Shown piece by piece: positions 56,355 to 64,000 of a DNA stretch of 64,000 bases. The position numbers and the translations under genes were made by a program. The first letter of the stretch is position 1, and each line of letters starts with the position of its first letter. The DNA is from Bacilli bacterium (GTDB taxonomy: Bacteria > Bacillota_I > Bacilli_A > RFN20 > CAG-826). The notes beneath the pieces are model-generated. The model worked only from the letters and a program-made list of their open reading frames with translations, ran no database searches and was not told the origin of the DNA. The stretch lies in the NCBI GenBank assembly GCA_045597865.1, contig JAZLKX010000025.1, forward strand, positions 224,001 to 288,000, written 5' to 3'.

Positions 56355-58325
56355 ATGAATCAAAAAGAATTAGATAAACTTTCTGTTAGCGCAATCAGAT
56401 CGATGTGTATCGATGTTGTTAACAAAGCAAAAAGCGGACACCCAGGAATGGCTCTTGGCAGTGCACCAATTCTTTATACTTTGTTTACAAAACATTTAGT
56501 CGCTAACCCAAAAGATCCAATGTGGTTTAATAGAGACCGTTTTGTTCTCTCAGCAGGCCACGCAAGTTCTTTACTTTACACAATGCTCCACGTTTCAGGA
56601 TACAATGTATCCTTAGATGACCTCAAGAATTTCCGTCAACTCGGAAGTTTAACTCCAGGACATCCAGAATGGAAACATACTCAAGGCGTTGACGCAACAA
56701 GCGGACCTTTAGGTCAAGGCATTGCTCAAGCTGTCGGTATGGCCATGGCTGAACGTGCAGTTAAAGCACAATACCCACAAGGAAAAGCTGTTTGTGACCA
56801 TTATACTTATGTATTATGTGGTGATGGATGCCTTCACGAAGGTATTTCTCAAGAAGCAATCTCGCTCGCTGGACACCATAAGTTAAATAAACTTATTCTT
56901 TTCTATGATTCAAACGAAATTACACTCGATGGTGGTTTAGGTCTTAGCTTCTCTGAAAATGTTAAGATGAGATTTAAAGCCTCAGAATGGAATGTTTTAG
57001 AAGTAGCTGATGGAAATGACGTTGATGCAATCGATGCAGCTATTAGCAAAGCTAAAACAAGCAAATCTAAGCCAACATTAATCATTGTCCACACCATTAT
57101 TGGTTATGGCAGTGAAAAACAAGGCACTTGCAAAGTCCACGGAAGCCCACTCGGTGAAGAAGATGGTGCAAAGGCAAAAGCCTTCTATGGATACGATTAT
57201 CCAGCATTCACAATTCCTGATGAAGTTTATAAACACTTCCAAGACACATTTGCAAAACGTGGTGAAGAAGCTTATAAAGCTTACCAAGCAAACTTCAAAG
57301 CTTGGGAAGAGGGCCACGCTGGTGCTGCAAAGAAACTTCACAATGCTTTAAATGAAGATTTATCTTCATATTTCAAGAAAGAACCAGCATTTGCTGCTGA
57401 TAATAACGACTCATCAAGAGTTGCATCAGGCAAAGCTTTAAACGAAAACTACAACAAGATTCCATTTTTAATGGGTGGATCTGCTGACGTTGCTGGTTCA
57501 GTTATGACCAAGATTACTGATGGCGTCAATTTTGAGCCAAAATCACCAAAAGGTCGCAACGTTAACTGGGGCATTAGAGAATTTGCAATGGCAGCCGCTC
57601 AAAACGGTATGTTATTACATGGAGGTCTAAAGACCTACGTTGGTTGTTTCTGTGTCTTCGCAGACTACATGAAGCCAGCTATTAGAATGGCTGCACTTTC
57701 TAAACTTTCAGCAATTTATCTTTTCTCACATGACTCAATCGCAGTTGGTGAAGATGGTCCAACCCATCAACCAATTGAACAATTAGCTATGCTAAGAAGT
57801 ATTCCAAATTGCGATGTTATTCGTCCATGTGATGCACGTGAAACCTACGCTGCATGGGAAATTGCTTTAAGAAGCGTTGATCACCCAACAGCTTTAGTTT
57901 TATCAAGACAAAATCTTCCTTTACTTACTAGTAAGTATAAAGAAGTTTCAAAAGGTGCTTATGTCATTTCAAAAGAACATAAACACTTAGATGCAACTGT
58001 TGTTGCAACCGGCTCAGAAGTCTCTTTAGCAGTTGCTGCTCAAAAAGTTCTTCTCGAAGAAGGTATTGATGTTCGTGTTGTTTCAATGCCATCATGGTTT
58101 GCATTTGAAAAACAAGATGAACAATATAAATCTGATGTATTTGGCGTAAGTAAGGACAAAGTCTTTGCTGTTGAAATGCTTTCCAGCTTTGGATGGCATA
58201 AATACGCTGATCATATTATGAGCGTTGATTCATTTGGTACAAGCGCTCCAGCAAAAGAAGCAATCAAAGCTTTCCATTTCCTCCCAGAGGATGTGGTGGC
58301 ATTTGTTAAGAAAGGACTTGCCTAA
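56355..58325 (+). CDS. tkt: Transketolase
   Basis: SGHPG, RDRFVLSAGH, GPLGQG, GDGC, HDSIAVGEDGPTHQP. Confidence 0.98.
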   Translation: MNQKELDKLSVSAIRSMCIDVVNKAKSGHPGMALGSAPILYTLFTKHLVANPKDPMWFNRDRFVLSAGHASSLLYTMLHVSGYNVSLDDLKNFRQLGSLTPGHPEWKHTQGVDATSGPLGQGIAQAVGMAMAERAVKAQYPQGKAVCDHYTYVLCGDGCLHEGISQEAISLAGHHKLNKLILFYDSNEITLDGGLGLSFSENVKMRFKASEWNVLEVADGNDVDAIDAAISKAKTSKSKPTLIIVHTIIGYGSEKQGTCKVHGSPLGEEDGAKAKAFYGYDYPAFTIPDEVYKHFQDTFAKRGEEAYKAYQANFKAWEEGHAGAAKKLHNALNEDLSSYFKKEPAFAADNNDSSRVASGKALNENYNKIPFLMGGSADVAGSVMTKITDGVNFEPKSPKGRNVNWGIREFAMAAAQNGMLLHGGLKTYVGCFCVFADYMKPAIRMAALSKLSAIYLFSHDSIAVGEDGPTHQPIEQLAMLRSIPNCDVIRPCDARETYAAWEIALRSVDHPTALVLSRQNLPLLTSKYKEVSKGAYVISKEHKHLDATVVATGSEVSLAVAAQKVLLEEGIDVRVVSMPSWFAFEKQDEQYKSDVFGVSKDKVFAVEMLSSFGWHKYADHIMSVDSFGTSAPAKEAIKAFHFLPEDVVAFVKKGLA

Positions 58326-58327
58326 TA

Positions 58328-58654
58328 ATGGCAAACTACTTAAAAATTAACGAGCATACCACTAAAAGTGGTGAACTTGCCATTTCTGACAAGGTGTTTG
58401 AACGTATTGCAACTAATGCCGCAAATAAGGTGATGAAAAAGCATCCTGACGATGTCAGAATGCCTTCACCAGTCAAAGTCTCCTTCAAAGGAGAAAACCA
58501 AGTCACAATTAAAGTGAGCATTTCTATCAGAAAGGGCGTTAAACTCTCAAGTATTTCTTATGAAATACAAACAGAAATCGCTCGTGCCTTGGAAGTTTAT
58601 GTTGAATCAGTACCATTCGACATTGACGTGTCAATTGTAGAGTTTAAAAAATAA
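58328..58654 (+). CDS. Asp23/Gls24 family protein
   Basis: GELAISDKVFERIA pattern; conserved position before nusB. Confidence 0.8.
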   Translation: MANYLKINEHTTKSGELAISDKVFERIATNAANKVMKKHPDDVRMPSPVKVSFKGENQVTIKVSISIRKGVKLSSISYEIQTEIARALEVYVESVPFDIDVSIVEFKK

Positions 58655-58656
58655 TT

Positions 58657-59067
58657 ATGGAAGCCGTTTTTCTAAGTCGTAACAAAGAACATGAACTTGC
58701 TATGATAAGCATCTATGATGCTTTGACTTATTCAGCAATGAATGAAGAATTTTCTCTTGAGGATATCATGGCAAATGTTTTTGATATGCCTTACGAAGAA
58801 ATTCCTTTATTCTCAAAAACCTTAATTATTAAAACTCTCGCTCACATTAATGAAATTAAACCTATTTTCCAAGAGAAGATGCCAAAATGGAATTTTGATA
58901 GATTAAATCTATTAGAACAAGCAATCTTACTCATGAGTTACACTCATGCTAAAGAGGAAAAAGGCGATAAGCATGTCATTATTGATGTAGCAATTCGTTT
59001 AGCGAAAAAGTATCTAGACAAAGACGATTACAAGTTCGTAAACGCAGTATTGGATAACATTCTATGA
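58657..59067 (+). CDS. nusB: Transcription antitermination factor NusB
   Basis: WNFDRL...AILL, AIRLAKKY, KFVNAVLD. Confidence 0.93.
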   Translation: MEAVFLSRNKEHELAMISIYDALTYSAMNEEFSLEDIMANVFDMPYEEIPLFSKTLIIKTLAHINEIKPIFQEKMPKWNFDRLNLLEQAILLMSYTHAKEEKGDKHVIIDVAIRLAKKYLDKDDYKFVNAVLDNIL

Positions 59068-60269
59068 TGGAGAAAGATCTATTTTCTGTAAGTTCATTAA
59101 ATAGGTACATCAAACAATTGTTTGATAGAGATTTTACTTTAAAAGGTCTACGCCTTAAAGGCGAAATCTCAAACTTCAAACGTTATCCAAGCGGACACAT
59201 TTATTTCACACTTAAGGATGAAGAATCATCCATTAAGGCTGTAATGTTCTATGAATATACAAAATTCATACCAAACACCATCAAAGATGGTGATGAAGTA
59301 ATCATTACAGGATACGTATCTGTTTACCCAGCTAGAGGCGAGTATCAGGTATACGCGCAAGCAATGGAACTCTTTGGAGAAGGGGCTCAGCTCTTAGAGT
59401 TAGAACTTCTTAAGAAGAAACTTGCTGCAGAAGGATTATTTGATGCCTCTAGGAAAAGAAAGATAAATATCTTTCCAAAAGCAATAGGGGTCATAAGCGC
59501 ACCTGGAAGCGCGGCTCTTGCGGATATTAAAACTAACCTTCTTAGAAGAAATCCGCTAATAGAGGTCAAAATATTCCCGTCCCTTGTCCAAGGTGCTGAC
59601 GCCCCAAAAGAGCTCTTAAAAGCGCTAAAAAAGGCCAAAGAAGAGCAAATTGACACTCTCATCATCGGTCGAGGTGGCGGTGCAAGTGAAGATCTCTCTG
59701 CATTTAACGATGAAACTCTAGTAAGAGAAGCTGCCAACTTCCCAGTGCCGATTATATCGGCAGTAGGACACGAGATAGATTTCACACTTATCGATTACGT
59801 TGCGGATGCGCGTGCGTCAACACCAACAGGTGCAGCCGAGCTTGCAACAATAGACAAACGTGAGATCTATGAACTACTTGCTAACAAACAAGTGGAACTA
59901 GATGAGATAATTACTGATAAAATCAGTAACTATAGACATAAACTTGATTTATTGAAGATTAATTCATTCTTCGAAAATCCAAAAGTTATGTACGAGAACA
60001 CCTTGGTAGAAGTTGAAAACACCAAGAAGAGATTAGATGCCTACATGGCCCATCTCCTAGAGATGAAGGAAGAAAAAGTTCATTCATTATCCAAACAACT
60101 TCATTCAATTTCTGTAGATGCAACCCTACAAAGAGGATTCGCTATCATGGAAAATGAACAAGGAAAGATCGTAAAAGACATTAAAGACGTTGAAATTAAC
60201 CAAATGGTTAAAACAAGATTAAAAGGCGGTACAGTGTCCGCTAAAGTAGTAAGCAAGGAGGCTAACTAA
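59064..60269 (+). CDS. xseA: Exodeoxyribonuclease VII large subunit
   Basis: GEISNF...SGHIYFTLKD, GRGGG, SAVGHEIDFT, STPTGAAE. Confidence 0.97.
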   Translation: MMEKDLFSVSSLNRYIKQLFDRDFTLKGLRLKGEISNFKRYPSGHIYFTLKDEESSIKAVMFYEYTKFIPNTIKDGDEVIITGYVSVYPARGEYQVYAQAMELFGEGAQLLELELLKKKLAAEGLFDASRKRKINIFPKAIGVISAPGSAALADIKTNLLRRNPLIEVKIFPSLVQGADAPKELLKALKKAKEEQIDTLIIGRGGGASEDLSAFNDETLVREAANFPVPIISAVGHEIDFTLIDYVADARASTPTGAAELATIDKREIYELLANKQVELDEIITDKISNYRHKLDLLKINSFFENPKVMYENTLVEVENTKKRLDAYMAHLLEMKEEKVHSLSKQLHSISVDATLQRGFAIMENEQGKIVKDIKDVEINQMVKTRLKGGTVSAKVVSKEAN

Positions 60270-60270
60270 A

Positions 60271-60459
60271 ATGGCAGAAGAAAAAATTGACTTTGAAAAG
60301 TCTCTAAAGAGACTTGAAGAAATCGTTTCTAAAGTTGAATCAGAAACACTCGCTTTAGAAGAATCTTTAAAGCTTTATGAAGAAGGTAAGAAGCTTATTG
60401 CTTCTTTAGAAAAAACTCTCAAAGAAGCTGAAAGAAAAGTAGAGGAATTACAAAAGTAA
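60271..60459 (+). CDS. xseB: Exodeoxyribonuclease VII small subunit
   Basis: FEKSLKRLEEIV...LEESLKLYEEG. Confidence 0.95.
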   Translation: MAEEKIDFEKSLKRLEEIVSKVESETLALEESLKLYEEGKKLIASLEKTLKEAERKVEELQK

Positions 60460-60507
60460 CAAAGTTAATAATTCTATTTTAGTATTAAATTAGTAGTTTT
60501 ATAGTAT

Positions 60508-62379
60508 ATGAGCAAGAAAGATATTAACAAAGTTAATCACATTGATTTAGATTCTATTAAGGATCCAAAGTTTTTAGCTACCTTAAATTACGAGGAACTT
60601 GATGTTTTAGCTTCTGACATAAGAGATGAAATACTAAAAGTTACTAGTAACTTAGGCGGCCATCTTTCAAGCAACCTCGGTGTTGTAGAACTTACTATAG
60701 CCTTACATCGAGTCTTTGATTTATCAAAGGATAAATTAATATTCGATGTTGGACATCAATGCTATACACATAAAATTTTAACAGGTCGTAAGTTAAATAA
60801 CTTAAGACAAGAAAATGGAGTCTCAGGATTCCAAAAAATGGAAGAATCGCCATACGATGTTTATGAAGCAGGGCACTCATCAACAAGTATAAGTGCCGCA
60901 AATGGCTTTGCCATTGCTCGTGATTTAAATAAAGAAAAATTTAACGTAATCGCATTTATTGGCGATGGCGCAATAAATTCTGGCCTTGCTCTAGAAGGAT
61001 TGAATAACATTGGCCACTCAGATCATAAAGTAATTATTGTCTTAAATGACAATGGTATGTCAATTTCTAAACCTGTCGGGGGACTTTCTAAGTTCTTTGC
61101 AAACATCTCGACATCCAGAAGTTATAACCGTATGAAACACGGCTATCAAAAAGTTTTTAGTAGAACTAAATTTGGCAGATGGATTCTTCATATTTCATCA
61201 AAATTCAAAAACTGGATTAAACGTGTATTAACAAGCGGAAACATTTTTACTGCTTTAGGCTTTGCCTATATTGGTCCAGTTGATGGAAACAACATTAAAA
61301 AAATTGAAAAAGCATTACTTAGAGCTAAAAACACAAAGAAATCAGTTATTATTCATGCAAATACCTTAAAAGGTAAAGGCTACAAATATTCTGAAGAAGA
61401 TGAAACAGGATACTGGCATGGTGTTTCTCCATTTGATTTAGAAAGTGGACAACCAAAAAATAAACATGAAGGCATGGTTTCTTGGTCACATGTCTATTCA
61501 GACATTACAGCTTTAGAACTCGAAGAACACAAAGATGCAGTTTTAATTTCACCAGCCACAATTAAAGGTGCTGGTCTTGATTGCTTAGACAAGAAATTTG
61601 CTAACAGAATTATCGATGTCGGCATAGCCGAAGAACACGCAGCCACGCTTGCTAGCGGCTTATCTTTAGGCGGACATCATCCAATTATATCTGTGTATTC
61701 GACATTCCTACAACGTGCCTATGACGAAGTTAGCCACGATCTCGCACGTATGAAGTGTGATGCAACTTTCTTGGTTGATAGAGCTGGTTTAGTTGGTGCA
61801 GATGGCGAAACACACCAAGGCATCTATGATGAGGCTTATTTATCAAGCATTCCTGGAACAGTAATTACTATGGCTTCAAATATCGATGAAGCTAAGCTTT
61901 TATACGATGAATCATTTAAAAACCACGGTCCATTCTTTATTAGACTTCCAAGAACATTAACTTGTAAACAAGATAGTTTCAATAAAATTGAACATTCGTT
62001 TGGCAAGTGGATGAAAGTCATGGAAACTTCAAAGAATACTGTCGTAATTTCATGCGGCCCATTATTACGTGTACTCGAACGTGCATTAATAGACAACAAC
62101 GTCGAATGCACTCTTATAAACGCACTTTACATCAAACCAATCGACAAATCGATGTTTGACGAGATTCTTGAAGCTAAGAAAATCGTCATTTATGACCCTT
62201 ATTCAACCCGTGGAGGCCTTGTAGACTCTACGATGGCATATTTACTTGAGAAAAAGTTTAAGGGGTCTATTTCAGCCTATTTCGTACCTGATGAGTTTGT
62301 AAAGCAGGGAACAATAGAACAACAACTCGCTAGATATAAGATCCGCGTCGAAGACGTTATCGAAGAACTTAAAAATTAA
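60508..62379 (+). CDS. dxs: 1-deoxy-D-xylulose-5-phosphate synthase
   Basis: GGHLSSNLG, FDVGHQ, GHSSTSIS, GDG...NDN, GIAEEHA, YSTFLQRAYD, DRAG...DGETHQG. Confidence 0.97.
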   Translation: MSKKDINKVNHIDLDSIKDPKFLATLNYEELDVLASDIRDEILKVTSNLGGHLSSNLGVVELTIALHRVFDLSKDKLIFDVGHQCYTHKILTGRKLNNLRQENGVSGFQKMEESPYDVYEAGHSSTSISAANGFAIARDLNKEKFNVIAFIGDGAINSGLALEGLNNIGHSDHKVIIVLNDNGMSISKPVGGLSKFFANISTSRSYNRMKHGYQKVFSRTKFGRWILHISSKFKNWIKRVLTSGNIFTALGFAYIGPVDGNNIKKIEKALLRAKNTKKSVIIHANTLKGKGYKYSEEDETGYWHGVSPFDLESGQPKNKHEGMVSWSHVYSDITALELEEHKDAVLISPATIKGAGLDCLDKKFANRIIDVGIAEEHAATLASGLSLGGHHPIISVYSTFLQRAYDEVSHDLARMKCDATFLVDRAGLVGADGETHQGIYDEAYLSSIPGTVITMASNIDEAKLLYDESFKNHGPFFIRLPRTLTCKQDSFNKIEHSFGKWMKVMETSKNTVVISCGPLLRVLERALIDNNVECTLINALYIKPIDKSMFDEILEAKKIVIYDPYSTRGGLVDSTMAYLLEKKFKGSISAYFVPDEFVKQGTIEQQLARYKIRVEDVIEELKN

Positions 62380-62384
62380 GGAAT

Positions 62385-62408
62385 GAGGCGATTGCCTCTT
62401 TTCTTTTT
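62385..62408 (+). terminator. Intrinsic terminator after dxs
   Basis: GAGGC-GATT-GCCTC followed by TTTTCTTTTT. Confidence 0.8.
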
Positions 62409-62466
62409 ACTAACTTTGGTTAACATAATATTGCTATTCCCACTCGATTTCTATAAAATAGAAGTG

Positions 62467-63666
62467 ATGAGCAAGATTATCCTTCACATAGATTTGAACG
62501 CCTTCTTCGTTAGATGCGAAGAGCTTTTAGATCAATCACTTGAAGGTAAGCCAGTTATCATTGGTCATAGTGGACGTGGTGGCATTGTTTCAACATGCAG
62601 CTATGCTGCGAGAAAATACGGAGTCAAATCTGGAATGCCAACTTATAAGGCATTGCAACTTTGTAAGAATGCCATCATGATCTACGGGCACTTTGATCTT
62701 TACCAAAAGAAGTCAAAAGAGTTTATTAACTTTGTTAAAAGGTATTCAAACATTATCGAACAAGCTTCAATTGATGAATGCTATGTCGACATGACAAAGG
62801 TTCTTCAAAATGAGAAGAATCCATTGAACTTTGTTAAAGAAATGCAAGCAAATCTCCTTAAGGAGTCTGGTTTAAAATGTTCAATCGGAATCGCACCAAC
62901 TAAGTTTTTAGCAAAGATGGGTTCTGACATGAAAAAGCCAATGGGAATAACAGTCATTCGTCGTAAGGATGTTAGAAAAATGTTAGACCCTCTTCCAATT
63001 GAAGATTTCTTTGGAATCGGTAAGAAAACATCACCAAAACTTAGAGAAATGGGCATAAACACCATAGGTGATTTAGCAAAACTAATTAATTCAGATGACC
63101 AAGACATCAAAAGATTCTTGGGTAAATTTTACTTTGGCATTAAAGAATGGATTAATGGCTATGGTTCAGATACAGTTGATACTGAACCTTGGGATCCAAA
63201 GCAAATTGGACACTCAACAACTTTGCCAAGAGATGCGGAAGATGCTGACGAAATTAAGATTTATCTTAAACAAATGGCAGAAGAAGTTTCGAAGGATGCA
63301 AAAGCCGAAAATAAAGTTGGAAGTTCAGTTCAATTAATTCTAAAAGATAACGAGTTTAAAGTTATCAATAGGTCAAAACGTATTAAAGATAAAACCAATG
63401 AATTCAATGTAATTTATGAGGAAGGTCTTAAACTTTTAGCAGCCAATTATGATGGTAGACCAATTCGTTTAGTGGGAATAACTTTGCAAAATCTTGTAAA
63501 TAAAGATGAAATTGTTGAACAGTTATCAATATTTGATAATTATGAAGAAGTTAAAGAAGCAAATGCTGTTAGACTTTTAATTGCAGAACTAAATCGTCAA
63601 ATCAAAGGTGCAGATTTTAAAACTGCTAGTGACTACTTAAGGGAGAAGAAAAATGGAACTCGTTGA
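62467..63666 (+). CDS. dinB: DNA polymerase IV (start MSKII at 62467)
   Basis: HIDLNAFF, SYAARKYGV, SIDECY, KFLAKMGSD, GIGKKT, IRLVGI; promoter TTGCTA-17-TAAAAT ends 7 nt before the ATG. Confidence 0.95.
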   Translation: MSKIILHIDLNAFFVRCEELLDQSLEGKPVIIGHSGRGGIVSTCSYAARKYGVKSGMPTYKALQLCKNAIMIYGHFDLYQKKSKEFINFVKRYSNIIEQASIDECYVDMTKVLQNEKNPLNFVKEMQANLLKESGLKCSIGIAPTKFLAKMGSDMKKPMGITVIRRKDVRKMLDPLPIEDFFGIGKKTSPKLREMGINTIGDLAKLINSDDQDIKRFLGKFYFGIKEWINGYGSDTVDTEPWDPKQIGHSTTLPRDAEDADEIKIYLKQMAEEVSKDAKAENKVGSSVQLILKDNEFKVINRSKRIKDKTNEFNVIYEEGLKLLAANYDGRPIRLVGITLQNLVNKDEIVEQLSIFDNYEEVKEANAVRLLIAELNRQIKGADFKTASDYLREKKNGTR

Positions 63667-64000
63667 TGCTGTTGATTTATATTTCCAATACCTCAGAGTA
63701 GAAAAAGGTGTTTCAAATGAAACAATCAAAAATTATTACTACGATTTGAAGTTCTTTTTCGAGACTTTAGACAAACACACAACAGATGACTTTATGCCAA
63801 CAGACATCCAAGACTTTGTAAGAATCCAGTCTAAAGAAATGCTTTCGGTTCCAACGATTCTCAGAAGAATTTCTTCAACCAAAAACTTTTATCTTTTCTT
63901 GGAAAAAGAACACATAATTGACACTCAACTAAAGAAATTTGATAAACCAAAAGGCGCTAAAAAACTTCCTGTTTGTATTTCGATTGAAGAAGTCGAAGCT
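63653..64000 (+). CDS. xerD: Tyrosine recombinase XerD-like (3'-partial; N-terminal SAM-like domain)
   Basis: Manual translation MELVDAVDLYFQYLRVEKGVSNETIKNYYYDL...TILRRISSTKNFYLFL...PKGAKKLPVCISIEEVEA; runs off the window end. Confidence 0.8.
   Translation, partial: MELVDAVDLYFQYLRVEKGVSNETIKNYYYDLKFFFETLDKHTTDDFMPTDIQDFVRIQSKEMLSVPTILRRISSTKNFYLFLEKEHIIDTQLKKFDKPKGAKKLPVCISIEEVEA

Noticed and set aside
59064-62379. Apparent codon-usage shift in xseA-dxs suggesting horizontal transfer
   Set aside because: The gene order asp23-nusB-xseA-xseB-dxs is conventional; weaker codon bias in lowly expressed genes is sufficient, and the shift was not quantified.
62383-62466. Longer ORF-track N-termini for dinB (also rsmF, radC, recJ, 18888 and 50141)
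   Set aside because: The extensions run through terminators, promoters or neighbouring genes; the downstream Met matches family N-termini or has an RBS.
62400-62466. LexA/SOS box upstream of dinB or ruvA
   Set aside because: No GAAC-N4-GTTC match found by eye.
259-63337. Many short alternative-frame and antisense ORFs in the ORF track
   Set aside because: They lie inside well-supported genes, lack RBSs and recognisable motifs, and look like codon-bias shadows.
1-64000. CRISPR array, rRNA, tRNA, IS/transposase or prophage
   Set aside because: No regularly spaced direct repeats, tRNA- or rRNA-like segments, or transposase/phage motifs were seen; intergenic gaps are short and mostly explained.
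63653-64000. Tyrosine recombinase as the integrase of a mobile element
   Set aside because: The N-terminus (YLRVEKGVSNETIKNY) is XerD-like and overlaps dinB in a housekeeping context.

Overview
AT-rich core-chromosome segment from a genome-reduced Bacillota (Bacilli; Erysipelotrichales/RF39/RFN20-like by inference), using genetic code 11 (TGA acts as a stop in ATGA overlaps). Nearly all genes are on the + strand. Housekeeping order: pnp, a GlpA-like oxidoreductase triad, rnj, ftsK, plsC, rsmF, pdp, dtd, mnmA, alaS-ruvX-DUF1292-greA, radC, rplU-prp-rpmA-obg-nadE, ruvAB, secDF, recJ, relA, hisS-aspS, tkt, asp23-nusB-xseAB-dxs, dinB and a partial xerD. Accessory blocks: an aromatic amino-acid-type ABC importer divergent from a MarR gene plus two large Ig-repeat/clostripain (C11) surface proteases, two acyltransferase-3 genes, and three surface/lipoprotein genes. 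No rRNA, tRNA, CRISPR array or transposase was seen. The most notable signals not explained by the ORF track: (1) a 23-aa Phe/Tyr-rich leader peptide with alternative hairpins upstream of the ABC importer (candidate ribosome-mediated attenuator); (2) an orphan PemK/ToxN-like ORF after ruvB with a convergent ~50-nt structured RNA that has its own promoter and terminator (candidate RNA-antitoxin TA system); (3) an alaS T-box that appears to have an ultra-short stem I and a Shine-Dalgarno-sequestering output; (4) a 58-aa double-glycine-leader-like peptide coupled to radC; (5) a SecDF lacking its proton-coupling Asp/Arg residues. All structure and homology calls were made by eye and need computational confirmation.
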